Assembly: GCA_040756235.1 (NCBI GenBank)
Contig: JBFLZG010000090.1
Location: 1-64,000, forward strand
DNA: 64,000 bases
Origin: a bacterium
GTDB taxonomy: Bacteria > Desulfobacterota > DSWW01
Reading direction: 5' to 3'
In this document: one piece after another, positions 10,188-19,510 of the stretch
Layout: each line of letters starts with the position of its first letter
How positions within the stretch are numbered: position 1 is the first letter of the stretch
Translations under genes and position numbers: made by a program
Notes under the pieces: generated by a model
What the model saw: only the letters and a program-made list of their open reading frames with translations
Told to the model about the DNA's origin: nothing
Databases searched by the model: none

Positions 10188-11741
10188 ATGGATCGATCCG
10201 CTTCGGTAAACAAGTGGCTCATCACCCTCACGGTCATGATCCCGACTTTCATCGAGATCCTGGACATGACCGTCGTGAACGTCTCGCTGAACCACATCCA
10301 GGGAAGCCTGAGCGCGGGCCTGGACGAGGTCACCTGGGTCCTGACCTCCTATCTGGTCTCCAACGCCATCGTGATCCCGATGAGCGGCTGGATCGCCTCG
10401 AGGATCGGCCGCAAGCGCTATCTGCTCATTTCGGTGACCCTCTTCACGGGGAGCTCGTTCCTGTGCGGTTCGGCGACGACCCTGCCGATGCTGGTGTTGT
10501 TCCGCGTGATCCAGGGGATCGGCGGGGGAGGGCTGCAGCCCCTCTCCCAGGCGATCCTGCTCGAGACTTTTCCCAGAGAGCAGCACGGCACCGCCATGGC
10601 GGTCTACGGGATGGGCATCGTCTTTGCGCCGATCCTCGGGCCCATCCTGGGAGGCTGGATCACGGACAACTGGACCTGGCGCTGGATCTTCTACATCAAC
10701 GTCCCGATCGGGGTCCTTTCCGTCTCCCTCATCCTGCTGTTCATCCACGATCCTCATTACATTCGGAGCGTGGTGCGCAAGATCGATTACTGGGGCATCG
10801 CGCTCCTCGTCGCCGGGCTCGGATCGCTCCAGGTGGTGCTGGACCGGGGCGAGAGGCTGGACTGGATGTCGTCGGTGTTCATCGTCCGGCTCTCGATCGT
10901 GGCCGCGGTCTGCCTGGTCCTGTTCGTGTGGCGGGAGCTGCGGACGGACGCGCCGGTCGTGGACCTCAGGGTCTTCAAGGATCGGACCTTTGCACTGGGC
11001 AACCTTATCATGTGGAGCGGGTTCTTCGCCTTTTTTGCCAGCCTGGTGCTCCTGCCCGTCTACCTGCAGAAGCTCATGAATTACACCGCCTGGTGGGCGG
11101 GCCTGGTGCTCGCTCCGGGCGGCGTCGCCACGCTCCTGGTCATGCCGATCACGGGCAAGCTCCTGCAGAAGGTGGACGCGCGCAAGCTCCTGCTGATCGG
11201 GTTGGCCCTCAACGCCTATGCGCTCCATCTCATGAGCCGCTTCAGCCTGGAGGCTGACTTTTTCACCGTCATGTGGCCCCGCATCGTCCAGGGTCTGGGC
11301 CTGGGCTGCTTCTTCGTGCCTCTTTCCACGGTCACCGTCGCCTACGTCTCCAGGGAAAAGATGGGCAATGCCACCGCCGTCTTCAGCCTGCTCCGCAACC
11401 TCGGAGGAAGCTTCGGCGTGGCGTTCCTGACGACCGTGCTTTCCAGAAGGACCCAGTTCCATCACTTCCGCCTTGCGGAGATGTTCGCACCGACCTGGCC
11501 GCCGTTCGAAATTTCCCTGGACAAGCTCGTCCCCTGGATGCAGACGCAGCTCGGCGGCGGCCGCGAGCTGGGGCTCCGCAAAGCCATGGCGCTCCTTTAT
11601 GCGGAGCTCAACCGTCAGGCCGCCATGCTGGGCTTCAACGACGCCTTTTACCTGGATCTCTTCTTTTTTCTGCTGCCGATCCCTCTGGTCTTTTTCATGA
11701 GGAGGGCGGCCCGTCCCGGGGACGGCCCGCTGGCCCACTGA
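10188..11741 (+). CDS. DHA2 family MFS efflux permease (EmrB-like)
   Basis: EILDMTVVNVSL, WVLTSYLVSNA, GPILGGWITDNWTWRWIFYINVPIG; many TM helices. Confidence 0.94.
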   Translation: MDRSASVNKWLITLTVMIPTFIEILDMTVVNVSLNHIQGSLSAGLDEVTWVLTSYLVSNAIVIPMSGWIASRIGRKRYLLISVTLFTGSSFLCGSATTLPMLVLFRVIQGIGGGGLQPLSQAILLETFPREQHGTAMAVYGMGIVFAPILGPILGGWITDNWTWRWIFYINVPIGVLSVSLILLFIHDPHYIRSVVRKIDYWGIALLVAGLGSLQVVLDRGERLDWMSSVFIVRLSIVAAVCLVLFVWRELRTDAPVVDLRVFKDRTFALGNLIMWSGFFAFFASLVLLPVYLQKLMNYTAWWAGLVLAPGGVATLLVMPITGKLLQKVDARKLLLIGLALNAYALHLMSRFSLEADFFTVMWPRIVQGLGLGCFFVPLSTVTVAYVSREKMGNATAVFSLLRNLGGSFGVAFLTTVLSRRTQFHHFRLAEMFAPTWPPFEISLDKLVPWMQTQLGGGRELGLRKAMALLYAELNRQAAMLGFNDAFYLDLFFFLLPIPLVFFMRRAARPGDGPLAH

Positions 11742-11754
11742 AAAGGAGGACACC

Positions 11755-12687
11755 ATGAAGAGACTCTTGCTTGCAGCGGTTGCGCTTCTCGTCGTCGCGG
11801 CAGGACTGCTGTACTTCGCCTTCCCCCGGGCGCTCTACGGCCTGTCGATCCGACTGGAGAGGAAGACCGCAGGCCTGAGCGCGAAGACCTTGCAGGTCGG
11901 GGCTTACACGATCGCCTACACCGAGGGCGGCCGCGGCGAGGACATGCTGCTCGTGCACGGCTTCGGCGCAAACAAGGACAACTGGAACCGGATCGCGCGC
12001 TACCTCACGCCGAGGTTCCGCGTGATCGCCCTCGACCTGCCCGGGTTCGGCGAGAGCTCGCGCGTGCAGGCCGACTCCTACTCGATCCGGGATCAGGTCG
12101 GAAGGCTCGACCTCATCGCAGCCGCCCTCGGGCTGGAGTCGTTCCACCTCGCGGGGAATTCCATGGGGGGCGCCATCGCCGGCCGGTACGCAGCCGAGTT
12201 CCCGCAGAAGGTGAAGACCCTGGCACTGTTGAACGCGGGCGGCCTGAAGACCTGCCCCAACCCGAGCGAGTTGAGCCGCGAGATCGCCGCGGGCAGGAAC
12301 CGGCTGCTGACCACGACTGCCGAGGACTTCGACGGCTTCCTCGAATTCGTCTTCGTCGATCCTCCCTGGATCCCCGGCCCGGTGAAGGCCCACCTCAGCC
12401 GGCAGTCCATCGAGGACCAGCCGTTTCGTGAGAAGGTCTTTCGCGAGATCCAGGACGAGGGGTCGAGCCTGGAGCCGGTCCTGGCAGAGATTCAGGCAAA
12501 GACGCTCATCCTCTGGGGCGACCGGGACCGGCTGATCGATGTATCGTGCACGCAGGTGCTGGAAAAAGGCCTGGCCCGCGCGCAGACGGTCATTCTCGAG
12601 AATTGCGGCCACGCCCCCATGATCGAGAGACCGCAGGAGACGGCGCAGCGCTATCTGGAATTCCTCGAGGGTGCCAGCAATCTGTAG
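11755..12687 (+). CDS. Alpha/beta hydrolase (lipase-like) with N-terminal anchor
   Basis: HGFGANKDNW, DLPGFGES, GNSMGG nucleophile, WGDRD, CGHAPMIE. Confidence 0.9.
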   Translation: MKRLLLAAVALLVVAAGLLYFAFPRALYGLSIRLERKTAGLSAKTLQVGAYTIAYTEGGRGEDMLLVHGFGANKDNWNRIARYLTPRFRVIALDLPGFGESSRVQADSYSIRDQVGRLDLIAAALGLESFHLAGNSMGGAIAGRYAAEFPQKVKTLALLNAGGLKTCPNPSELSREIAAGRNRLLTTTAEDFDGFLEFVFVDPPWIPGPVKAHLSRQSIEDQPFREKVFREIQDEGSSLEPVLAEIQAKTLILWGDRDRLIDVSCTQVLEKGLARAQTVILENCGHAPMIERPQETAQRYLEFLEGASNL

Positions 12688-12712
12688 GGGCGAAAAATGC
12701 TTCGCCCCTGAC
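12684..12712 (+). repeat. GTAG-type REP palindrome supplying the lipase stop codon
   Basis: GTAGGGGCGAA-aaatgc-TTCGCCCCTGAC; TAG at 12685-12687. Confidence 0.7.
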
Positions 12713-12742
12713 GAGGCGGGCCTGCGCGCCGGGGACGCTCGC

Positions 12743-13750
12743 TCACGGCTTGGGTCCGGTTTCGACCAGCGCCGGCTTGCCCGGCCTGGCGAGCCTCCTC
12801 TCGATGAACCGCTCGATCGAATCGAAGCTGTACACCTTGACGTCGTGGGGCAGCCGGTCCAGGGGAATCTCGGCGCGCGCGGCCGAGCGGTGGCCGCCCG
12901 CGCTCCCCAGGTCGGAAAAATGGATGTCGGCGATCCGTCCCACGTCCGGGCGGACGCCGCCCGAGCGAAAGATGATCACGAGCTTCTCGGCCGTCAGACA
13001 GGAGACGGCGACCATGTGGATCCCCGAGATCCGGATGAGGAAGTCCGCGACGATGACGGCGACGTCCGCCGAGTCGGCGGCGCCCAGGTGCAGCACGGCC
13101 CTGCGGTTCTTCTCATTCAGGCGCATGAAGGCCAGCTCGAAGTAGGCCAGATACCGCTTCGGGATCTCGTTCGCGTCGATGACGCGCAGGAGCTGGTGGT
13201 TGGCATTGGGGAACAGGCGGCTGAAGGCGACGGCGTCCTCCCGGCTCAAGCTGCGCTGAAAATGGTCGGTGTCCGTGATGATCCCGTAGCAGAGGGCCGT
13301 GGCGATGCGCTCCGTGAGCCGGATGCGCGCCGCATCCAGGTATTCCACCATCATGGAAGAGGTCGCGCCCATATCCGGCCGGATGTCGGCGAATGCGTAC
13401 GTGTAGCCCGGGGCGATCGGATGGTGATCGATGATGATGTCCCACGTCGGCAGCTGCAGCTCCGGGAACTGGTTCGGCTGGCCGTCCACCGCGCAGATCC
13501 GGTTGTACTCCGCGAGCATGGGCTCCTTGAACGTGAGGACCGGAATGCGCAGGAGCTTGACCATGGTCCGGTTCTCGACCCTCTTGATCGGATCCCTGAG
13601 CGCGATGTCTGCGGCCGCGCGGTTCTGATGGAAGATCAGGCACAGGGCGAGGGCGCTGGCGAGCGAGTCCGGGTCCGGCCGAATGAGGACCAGTCCGCGG
13701 CTGTCCGGCCGGATGATCGACTTGAGCATGTCGTAGCGTCGCGTGGACAT
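12743..13750 (-). CDS. DHH family phosphoesterase
   Basis: PDPDSLASA, VDG, IIDHH, GIITDT, AGGH. Confidence 0.9.
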   Translation of the reverse strand: MSTRRYDMLKSIIRPDSRGLVLIRPDPDSLASALALCLIFHQNRAAADIALRDPIKRVENRTMVKLLRIPVLTFKEPMLAEYNRICAVDGQPNQFPELQLPTWDIIIDHHPIAPGYTYAFADIRPDMGATSSMMVEYLDAARIRLTERIATALCYGIITDTDHFQRSLSREDAVAFSRLFPNANHQLLRVIDANEIPKRYLAYFELAFMRLNEKNRRAVLHLGAADSADVAVIVADFLIRISGIHMVAVSCLTAEKLVIIFRSGGVRPDVGRIADIHFSDLGSAGGHRSAARAEIPLDRLPHDVKVYSFDSIERFIERRLARPGKPALVETGPKP

Positions 13751-14002
13751 GGAAGGCGCTCTGCGTGGGGTCGTCGTTTTCCCGTTTCCAGTTCGATGCG
13801 GGCCCCGCCCGTCTGGATCGTGTGTTGCCCTCGTCTGTTGCCCACTCGAGCATTAATCCAGGAAACCGGCATCGAAATCAAACGCCGGGAGCCCCACGGG
13901 GCCGAAGGGGTGCCCTCTCCGGAGGGCCGGTGAGAATGGCCGGAGGCCGATTCCGCCTTCACTTCCTTGACCTTTACCGATTGCGCGGGTAAGAGGCGAA
14001 CC

Positions 14003-15454
14003 ATGCAGGCGCTCAGCTCGGACCTGGATCTCTTCTTCCGCCCCAGGGCGATCGCCATTGTCGGCGTCTCGACCGGATCGTACAAATTCGGCGGCATGAG
14101 CTACCTGCACAAGCTGCAGGAAAGCGGCTATCCGGGAGAGCTCTATCCCGTCCACCCGAAGGCGACCGAGATCCGGGGATTGCGGGCCTACCCGGGTCTG
14201 GGCTCTCTGCCCGTGGTCCCGGACCTCGTCATCGTGTGCGTCCCTGCGGCCAAGGTCCTGAGCGTGCTCCGGGAGTGTGCGGCCGTCGGCGCCCGGGCCG
14301 TGCACGTCCTCACTTCAGGATTCAGGGAGATCGGGACCGAGGCAGGCCGCGGGCTCGAGGAGGCCATGGCCTCCTTTGCCCGCCAGGCCGGGCTGCTCGT
14401 CATGGGACCCAACTGCATGGGTCCCTACTGCCCGGCTGCGCGCCTGACTCCCTGGGGCGCGATCCCCGGGCTGGCCGGGCAGGTCGGGGTCGTTTCCCAG
14501 AGCGGGACCCTCACGCAGCGGATCACGGAGTACCTCTGCTCTCTCGGGGTGGGCGTTTCCAAGGCGGTGAGCTTCGGGAACGGCGCCGTCCTGGACGGCC
14601 TCGACTTCCTGGAATTCATGGCTGAAGACGAGACGATCGAAGTCATCACCCTGTACCTGGAGAGCGCGCCGGATGCCCGCAGATTTCTCGCCCTCGCCCG
14701 TGAGGTGAACCGGCGGAAGCCGATCGTCCTCTGGAAAGGCGGGGAGAGTGAGGCCGGCGCCCGGGCAGCGGCCTCGCACACCGGCAGCATCGCCGGACCG
14801 CGCCATCTCTGGAACGCCTTCTTCCGGCAGACCGGGGTCACGCGCGTGGAATCGATGGACGAGCTGGCGGATGCGGTCATGAGCTTCGCGCTCCTCCCCT
14901 GTCCCCGGGGCAAGGGCGTATTCCTGATCGGCGGCGGCGGAGGCCATAGCGTCGTGAGCGGCGATGCCTGCGTGCGGGAGGGGCTGGAGGTGCCGCGGCT
15001 GAGCGATGAGACGCTGCAGAGGCTCAAGGACATGGTGCCGGCCGTGGGCTCGATCGCAGGCAACCCGCTCGATCACTGGCGGATCTACGAGGACGCCGAC
15101 CAGTTCGCCAGGATCGTCGAGCTGGGCTGCCAAGACCCCGCGATCGACATGATCGTGGCGGACCGGATCATTCCGAGGAGCTCCTTCCACATGTCGGACG
15201 AGCAGGATTCGACTTCGGCGGTGATCGAGCTGATGGAGAGGAACCGAAACAGGAAGCCGACGGTCTTTGTCGTCGATTCGGCCGGAGCGGACCCGGACCT
15301 GGCGCTCCGCGGGTGCTCCGTGAGGGCCCGCCTGTGCAAGGCCGGCCTACCGGCATTCCCCAATCTCCGCAGGGCGCTCAGGGCCCTGGCGCACCTGCAC
15401 CGCTACCCGAGGGTGCTGGCGCGGGGACCGGCTTTGCCCTTTACTCCTGAATGA
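14003..15454 (+). CDS. Acyl-CoA synthetase (NDP-forming) alpha-type subunit / CoA-binding protein
   Basis: PRAIAIVGVS, GPNCMG, SQSG, VSFGN, ASHTGS phospho-His motif; no ATP-grasp domain. Confidence 0.88.
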   Translation: MQALSSDLDLFFRPRAIAIVGVSTGSYKFGGMSYLHKLQESGYPGELYPVHPKATEIRGLRAYPGLGSLPVVPDLVIVCVPAAKVLSVLRECAAVGARAVHVLTSGFREIGTEAGRGLEEAMASFARQAGLLVMGPNCMGPYCPAARLTPWGAIPGLAGQVGVVSQSGTLTQRITEYLCSLGVGVSKAVSFGNGAVLDGLDFLEFMAEDETIEVITLYLESAPDARRFLALAREVNRRKPIVLWKGGESEAGARAAASHTGSIAGPRHLWNAFFRQTGVTRVESMDELADAVMSFALLPCPRGKGVFLIGGGGGHSVVSGDACVREGLEVPRLSDETLQRLKDMVPAVGSIAGNPLDHWRIYEDADQFARIVELGCQDPAIDMIVADRIIPRSSFHMSDEQDSTSAVIELMERNRNRKPTVFVVDSAGADPDLALRGCSVRARLCKAGLPAFPNLRRALRALAHLHRYPRVLARGPALPFTPE

Positions 15455-15704
15455 CCTTGTAGACCGCGTCGTGCTCGCGCACGCGAGTCGGAGTCCGGAT
15501 GCCGACGCTCTCTCCCGGGTCGGCCTTCTGAACCGGGGCATGTTCGATCTGCATCGATTCGATCTTCATCTCGAGGTCCGTGGTGTGCCCCTTGATGCGG
15601 ATCGTGTCGCCCACCCGGAGTCCGTCTTCGGTGATGCGGATGGCGGCCACTCCGATCTTGGCAAAGAACTTTTCGATGATGCCGATCTTCTTCTCCTCTG
15701 CCAT
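15441..15704 (-). CDS. Small EF-Tu domain II-like (translation elongation factor-like) protein
   Basis: KKIGIIEKFFAKIGVAAI, VGDTIRIKGHTTD, SMQIEH, VREHDAVYKV; AAGGAG RBS. Confidence 0.85.
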   Translation of the reverse strand: MAEEKKIGIIEKFFAKIGVAAIRITEDGLRVGDTIRIKGHTTDLEMKIESMQIEHAPVQKADPGESVGIRTPTRVREHDAVYKVIQE

Positions 15705-15900
15705 GGCGAGGCCCTCCTTGGATATGTCTAACAGGATTATGATATTTTTCACGCAACCCGTGCAACAGGGACCCCTCGGCCGGGCGGGCCCCGCAGGCCG
15801 CGCCTACGCGCGGACCCTTCCGGGAATCGGCTGGAGGGAAGGACGCATCGGAAGGTAAACGGCGACTGCGGAACGTCCGGCACGTGCTGAGGAGAAAGAA

Positions 15901-16932
15901 ATGGCGCCAAGGGTTCATCGCGAAATCCGGCTGAAGAGGCGTCCCGTCGGCATTCCGACCGAGGCGGACTTCGAGATTGCCGAGACCCCCGTTCCGGAGC
16001 CTTCCGAAGGCGAGGTTCTGGTGCGGAACATCTACATGTCCGTGGACCCGTACATGCGCGGCCGCATGATCGAGCGCAAGAGCTACATGCCCCCTTTCGA
16101 GCTGGGGAAGCCCCTGGAGGGCGGTTGCGTGGGGCAAGTGGTGGAGTCCAGGCAGGGGAAGCTCTCCGTGGGTCAGTACGTTTTGGGCATGCAAGGCTGG
16201 CGCGAGTACTATGTGTCCGACGGCTCCGGGCTGATGCCCGTTCAGCCGGCCGGCGCGCCTGTCCGGGCGTATCTTGGCGTGTTGGGGATGCCGGGGCTCA
16301 CCGCTTACGTGGGCCTGCTCGACATCGGAAAACCCGAAGCGGGCAACACGATCTTCGTTGCGGCCGCGGCCGGCGCGGTCGGATCGGTCGTCTGTCAGAT
16401 CGGCAAGATCCGAGGCTGCCGCGTGGTCGGGAGCGCCGGGTCCGACGAGAAGGTGCGCTGGCTCCTGGAGGAAGCCCGGGTCGACGCGGCGTTCAACTAC
16501 AAGGCGGTCGGCTCCCTGACGCAAGAGCTGGAGAGGCGCTGCCCGGACGGAGTGGACGTCTATTTCGAAAACGTGGGAGGCGAGCACCTCGAAGCCGCAC
16601 TGGACAACATGAAACAGCACGGCCGCATCGTTCTGTGCGGCATGATCTCGCGCTACAACTCGGCGCAGCCGGCGCCCGGCCCCTGGAACCTGTTTCAGGC
16701 GGTTGCCAAGAGGTTGACCCTGCGGGGGTTCCTTGTGGGCGACCACCTCGGCCGTGTGGGTTCGTTCGCGTCGGACATGGGCCGGTGGATCGCCGAGGGG
16801 AAGGTCCGGTGGAGGGAGACGATCGTCGACGGCATCGAGAACGCGCCCGCCGCGTTCATCGGCCTTTTCAAGGGCGAGAATATTGGCAAGATGTTGGTCC
16901 GCATCGGCCCCGAACCTGGAGGCTGTCCATAA
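15901..16932 (+). CDS. NADP-dependent oxidoreductase (CurA/prostaglandin-reductase-like MDR)
   Basis: SVDPYMRGRM, LGMPGLTAYVGL, AAAGAVGS, YFENVGG, CGMISRYN, GENIGKMLV. Confidence 0.93.
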   Translation: MAPRVHREIRLKRRPVGIPTEADFEIAETPVPEPSEGEVLVRNIYMSVDPYMRGRMIERKSYMPPFELGKPLEGGCVGQVVESRQGKLSVGQYVLGMQGWREYYVSDGSGLMPVQPAGAPVRAYLGVLGMPGLTAYVGLLDIGKPEAGNTIFVAAAAGAVGSVVCQIGKIRGCRVVGSAGSDEKVRWLLEEARVDAAFNYKAVGSLTQELERRCPDGVDVYFENVGGEHLEAALDNMKQHGRIVLCGMISRYNSAQPAPGPWNLFQAVAKRLTLRGFLVGDHLGRVGSFASDMGRWIAEGKVRWRETIVDGIENAPAAFIGLFKGENIGKMLVRIGPEPGGCP

Positions 16933-17043
16933 ACGCCCATCTGCGGCGTTACGCTCGCCTTCGTCACTGCGGCGTACTAATGTGTACGCCTCGTTCCTCA
17001 GGCTTCGCGTGCCTTGCATCTGGGCATTTTCTGAACAGCCTCC
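16918..17043. repeat. ~126-bp palindromic MITE/REP-like element; contains the oxidoreductase stop codon
   Basis: Terminal inverted repeats GGAGGCTGT...ACAGCCTCC; internal hairpin GGCGTAC-taatgt-GTACGCC; partial copies at 7474, 61909 and 62637. Confidence 0.8.
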
Positions 17044-17060
17044 AAGGGCCGATCGGTCCA

Positions 17061-17179
17061 GAGTGCGATGGGTGCACCCGCCTCGATCGTCTCGGGCTCG
17101 GAACGCTCCGGCCCTTCTCTTCCCATGGGTCGGAGACCACGGCCCTTCGGGAGGGCTCCTTTTCGTCCCTCGTCCCGGG
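17061..17179 (-). repeat. Partial copy (3' half) of the ~260-nt structured repeat
   Basis: CCTCGATCGTCTCGGGCTCGGAACGCTCCGGCC...TTTCGTCCCTCGTCCCGGG matches the copies at 38716, 48084 and 50775. Confidence 0.85.
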
Positions 17180-17209
17180 TTGACCCCAGCCGAAGCTCAA
17201 TGCTATAGG
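17180..17209 (+). promoter_or_regulatory. Possible sigma70 promoter for the Tm-1/TBST operon
   Basis: TTGACC, 18 nt, TATAGG preceded by TGC (extended -10). Confidence 0.4.
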
Positions 17210-17298
17210 CCGGGCGGCGGAGGCCTTTCGTAAAGACCGCCGCCGTCCTCGGCCTGGGCGGCTGCCCGCGCGGGCGTTTCGTCTCGCAGGAGGAGGCC

Positions 17299-18558
17299 AT
17301 GGGGGTGGATCGGCACCGAGCCAGAACGGTCGTCATCGTGGCCACTCTGGATACGAGGGGCGACGAGGTCGAATTTCTCAAGGCGCGCATCCTGGAGAAG
17401 GGGCACCGCGTCGTGGTCGTGGACGTCGGCGTCATGGGAACGCCTTTCGCTCCCGGCGACTTCACCCAGGAGGAGGTGGCGGAAGCGGGAGGCAGGAGCC
17501 TTGCCGAGCTCGTGGCGGCCGCGAAGTCCGGCGCCGACAGGAGCGAGGCCACCGGCGTGATGATCGCCGGGGCGCGCAGGGTCGTGGCCGGCCTCCATGC
17601 CTCCGGCAGGCTCCACGCCGTCCTGAGCCTGGGCGGCACCACGGCCGCCGCGATCGGCGCGTCGGTCATGAAGGGCCTGCCGATCGGAATGCCGAAGCTG
17701 CTGGTCACGACGTTCCTGTCCCTGGCCCCGGTGGGGGACGAGGACATCACGGTCATGCAGTCCCCGGTGGACCTGGTGGGAATGAACCGGATCGTCGCCA
17801 CGGTCCTCTCGAACGCCGCCGCCGCCGTCGTCGGGATGATCGAGCAGGCGGAGACCGTGGCCGGGCCGCGCCGGAAGCTCGCCGGGATCACCGCCCTCGG
17901 GGTGACCACGCCGGCCGTTCAGAAGCTCGTGCCCGGGCTCGAGGCGCGAGGGTATGACTCGGTCGTCTTCCACGCCACGAGCGACAAGCTCGACCGCATG
18001 GCCAGAGAAGGGATCATCGATCTCATTCTGGACGTGACGACCTTCGAGACGGTGCCCAAGCGGCTCTACGCGGACGAGGTCCTCGCCATGCTTTCGCCTC
18101 TCGGCCGGCCGGACAGATCCAGACTCGAGAGTGCGATCGAGAAGGGGCTCCCGCAGATCATCGCTCCCGGCGGCCTGGACATGCACATCTTCCCGGGCGC
18201 TTCCGGGATCGAGGTCGTTCCGCCCGAGTACCGGGGCCGGAAGTGGTCCATGCATGGCCCGCAGGTTGTTCTCGTGAGAACGACCGAGGAGGAGCTCGCG
18301 CAAGTCGGCGCCGCCATCGCCGAGCGGGCGAACCGGGCCGCGGGCCCGGTCGCGGTCCTGATCCCCTTGGCCGGTTTCTCCGAAGCCGGCCGGAAAGGCG
18401 CGCCGCTCCACGACCCCCAGGCCGATCAGGGTTTTGTCCGTGCGCTGAAGAGTCTGGTTGAAGATCGGGTCCGGGTGGTCGAGGTGGACGGAAACATCAA
18501 CGACGACCGCTTTGCAGCCGAAGCCCTCCGCCTCGTGGACGAAATGACGGCAGGCTGA
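17299..18558 (+). CDS. Tm-1-like ATP-binding domain protein (UPF0261)
   Basis: ATLDTRGDE, LPIGMPKLLVTT, GVTTP, VFHAT, APGGLDM, NINDDRFA; AGGAGG RBS. Confidence 0.88.
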   Translation: MGVDRHRARTVVIVATLDTRGDEVEFLKARILEKGHRVVVVDVGVMGTPFAPGDFTQEEVAEAGGRSLAELVAAAKSGADRSEATGVMIAGARRVVAGLHASGRLHAVLSLGGTTAAAIGASVMKGLPIGMPKLLVTTFLSLAPVGDEDITVMQSPVDLVGMNRIVATVLSNAAAAVVGMIEQAETVAGPRRKLAGITALGVTTPAVQKLVPGLEARGYDSVVFHATSDKLDRMAREGIIDLILDVTTFETVPKRLYADEVLAMLSPLGRPDRSRLESAIEKGLPQIIAPGGLDMHIFPGASGIEVVPPEYRGRKWSMHGPQVVLVRTTEEELAQVGAAIAERANRAAGPVAVLIPLAGFSEAGRKGAPLHDPQADQGFVRALKSLVEDRVRVVEVDGNINDDRFAAEALRLVDEMTAG

Positions 18559-18591
18559 AGAGGGGCGGCGGGGCCGAAGAGGAGCGCAGCC

Positions 18592-19479
18592 ATGGCGAAA
18601 AGAATGGAGAGAGTGGAGATCCTCGGCCGCCTGGGGCGGGAGGTGCGCGAGGGCAGGCCCATCCTGGGCGCCGGCTGCAGCGCGGGGATCATCGCCAAGT
18701 GCGCCGAGATCGGCGGGGCCGACCTGATCATCGTCTACAGCACCGGCAGGACGCGCATGATGGGCCTGCCCACCACGATGATCACGGGGACCTCGAATCC
18801 CATCACCCTCGAGATGGTCGACGAGCTGCTCAACGTGGTCAAAGACAGGCCGATCATCGCGGGGGTCGAGGCGAACGACATCTTCTGCCTCGACCTGGAG
18901 GGCTCGCTGAAGCGGTTCGTGGACAAGGGCTTCAGCGGGGTGATCAATTTCCCCACCGTCGGGCTTTACGAGAACCTGATCGAGGGCGGGATGGCCCTGA
19001 GGAAGTTCACCGAGGCCATGGCGCCGGGGTACGGCGTGACCCACTGGGGCTGGAGACGCGAGGTCGAGATGATGCGGATCCTGAGGTCGTGGGACATCTT
19101 CACCATGGCCTATGTCTTCACGCCGCCCGATGCCGCGGACATGGCCGGGGCCGGCGTGGACGCGATCTGTGCCCACGTGGGGCCGAGCATGGGGGGCCTG
19201 ACCGGGTATGCGCCGATGGAAGACGTGGACCGGCTGCTCAGGAAGGCGCAGGAGATCCTCACGGCCGCGCGGGACGCGCGGTCGGACGTGATCTGCCTCA
19301 TCCACGGAGGGCCCTTCTACGATCCGGAGAGCACCCGGGTGGTCTACGAGAAGACGGACGCCGTCGGGTTCGTCGCCGCCTCGGCGATCGAAAGGATCCC
19401 GGTGGAAAAGGCGGTGGTCGGCGTCTGCAAGGAATACAAGGGGCTTCCCATGCCCCTGCTGAACCGCCCGCGAGGCTGA
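18592..19479 (+). CDS. Phosphoenolpyruvate hydrolase-like TIM-barrel signal transduction (TBST) family protein
   Basis: GGADLIIVYSTGRTRMMG, GFSGVINFPTVG, LIHGGP, ASAIERIPVE. Confidence 0.9.
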   Translation: MAKRMERVEILGRLGREVREGRPILGAGCSAGIIAKCAEIGGADLIIVYSTGRTRMMGLPTTMITGTSNPITLEMVDELLNVVKDRPIIAGVEANDIFCLDLEGSLKRFVDKGFSGVINFPTVGLYENLIEGGMALRKFTEAMAPGYGVTHWGWRREVEMMRILRSWDIFTMAYVFTPPDAADMAGAGVDAICAHVGPSMGGLTGYAPMEDVDRLLRKAQEILTAARDARSDVICLIHGGPFYDPESTRVVYEKTDAVGFVAASAIERIPVEKAVVGVCKEYKGLPMPLLNRPRG

Positions 19480-19510
19480 CAGGCCGTTGAAGAAGGCCGG
19501 AGACCCCGGC

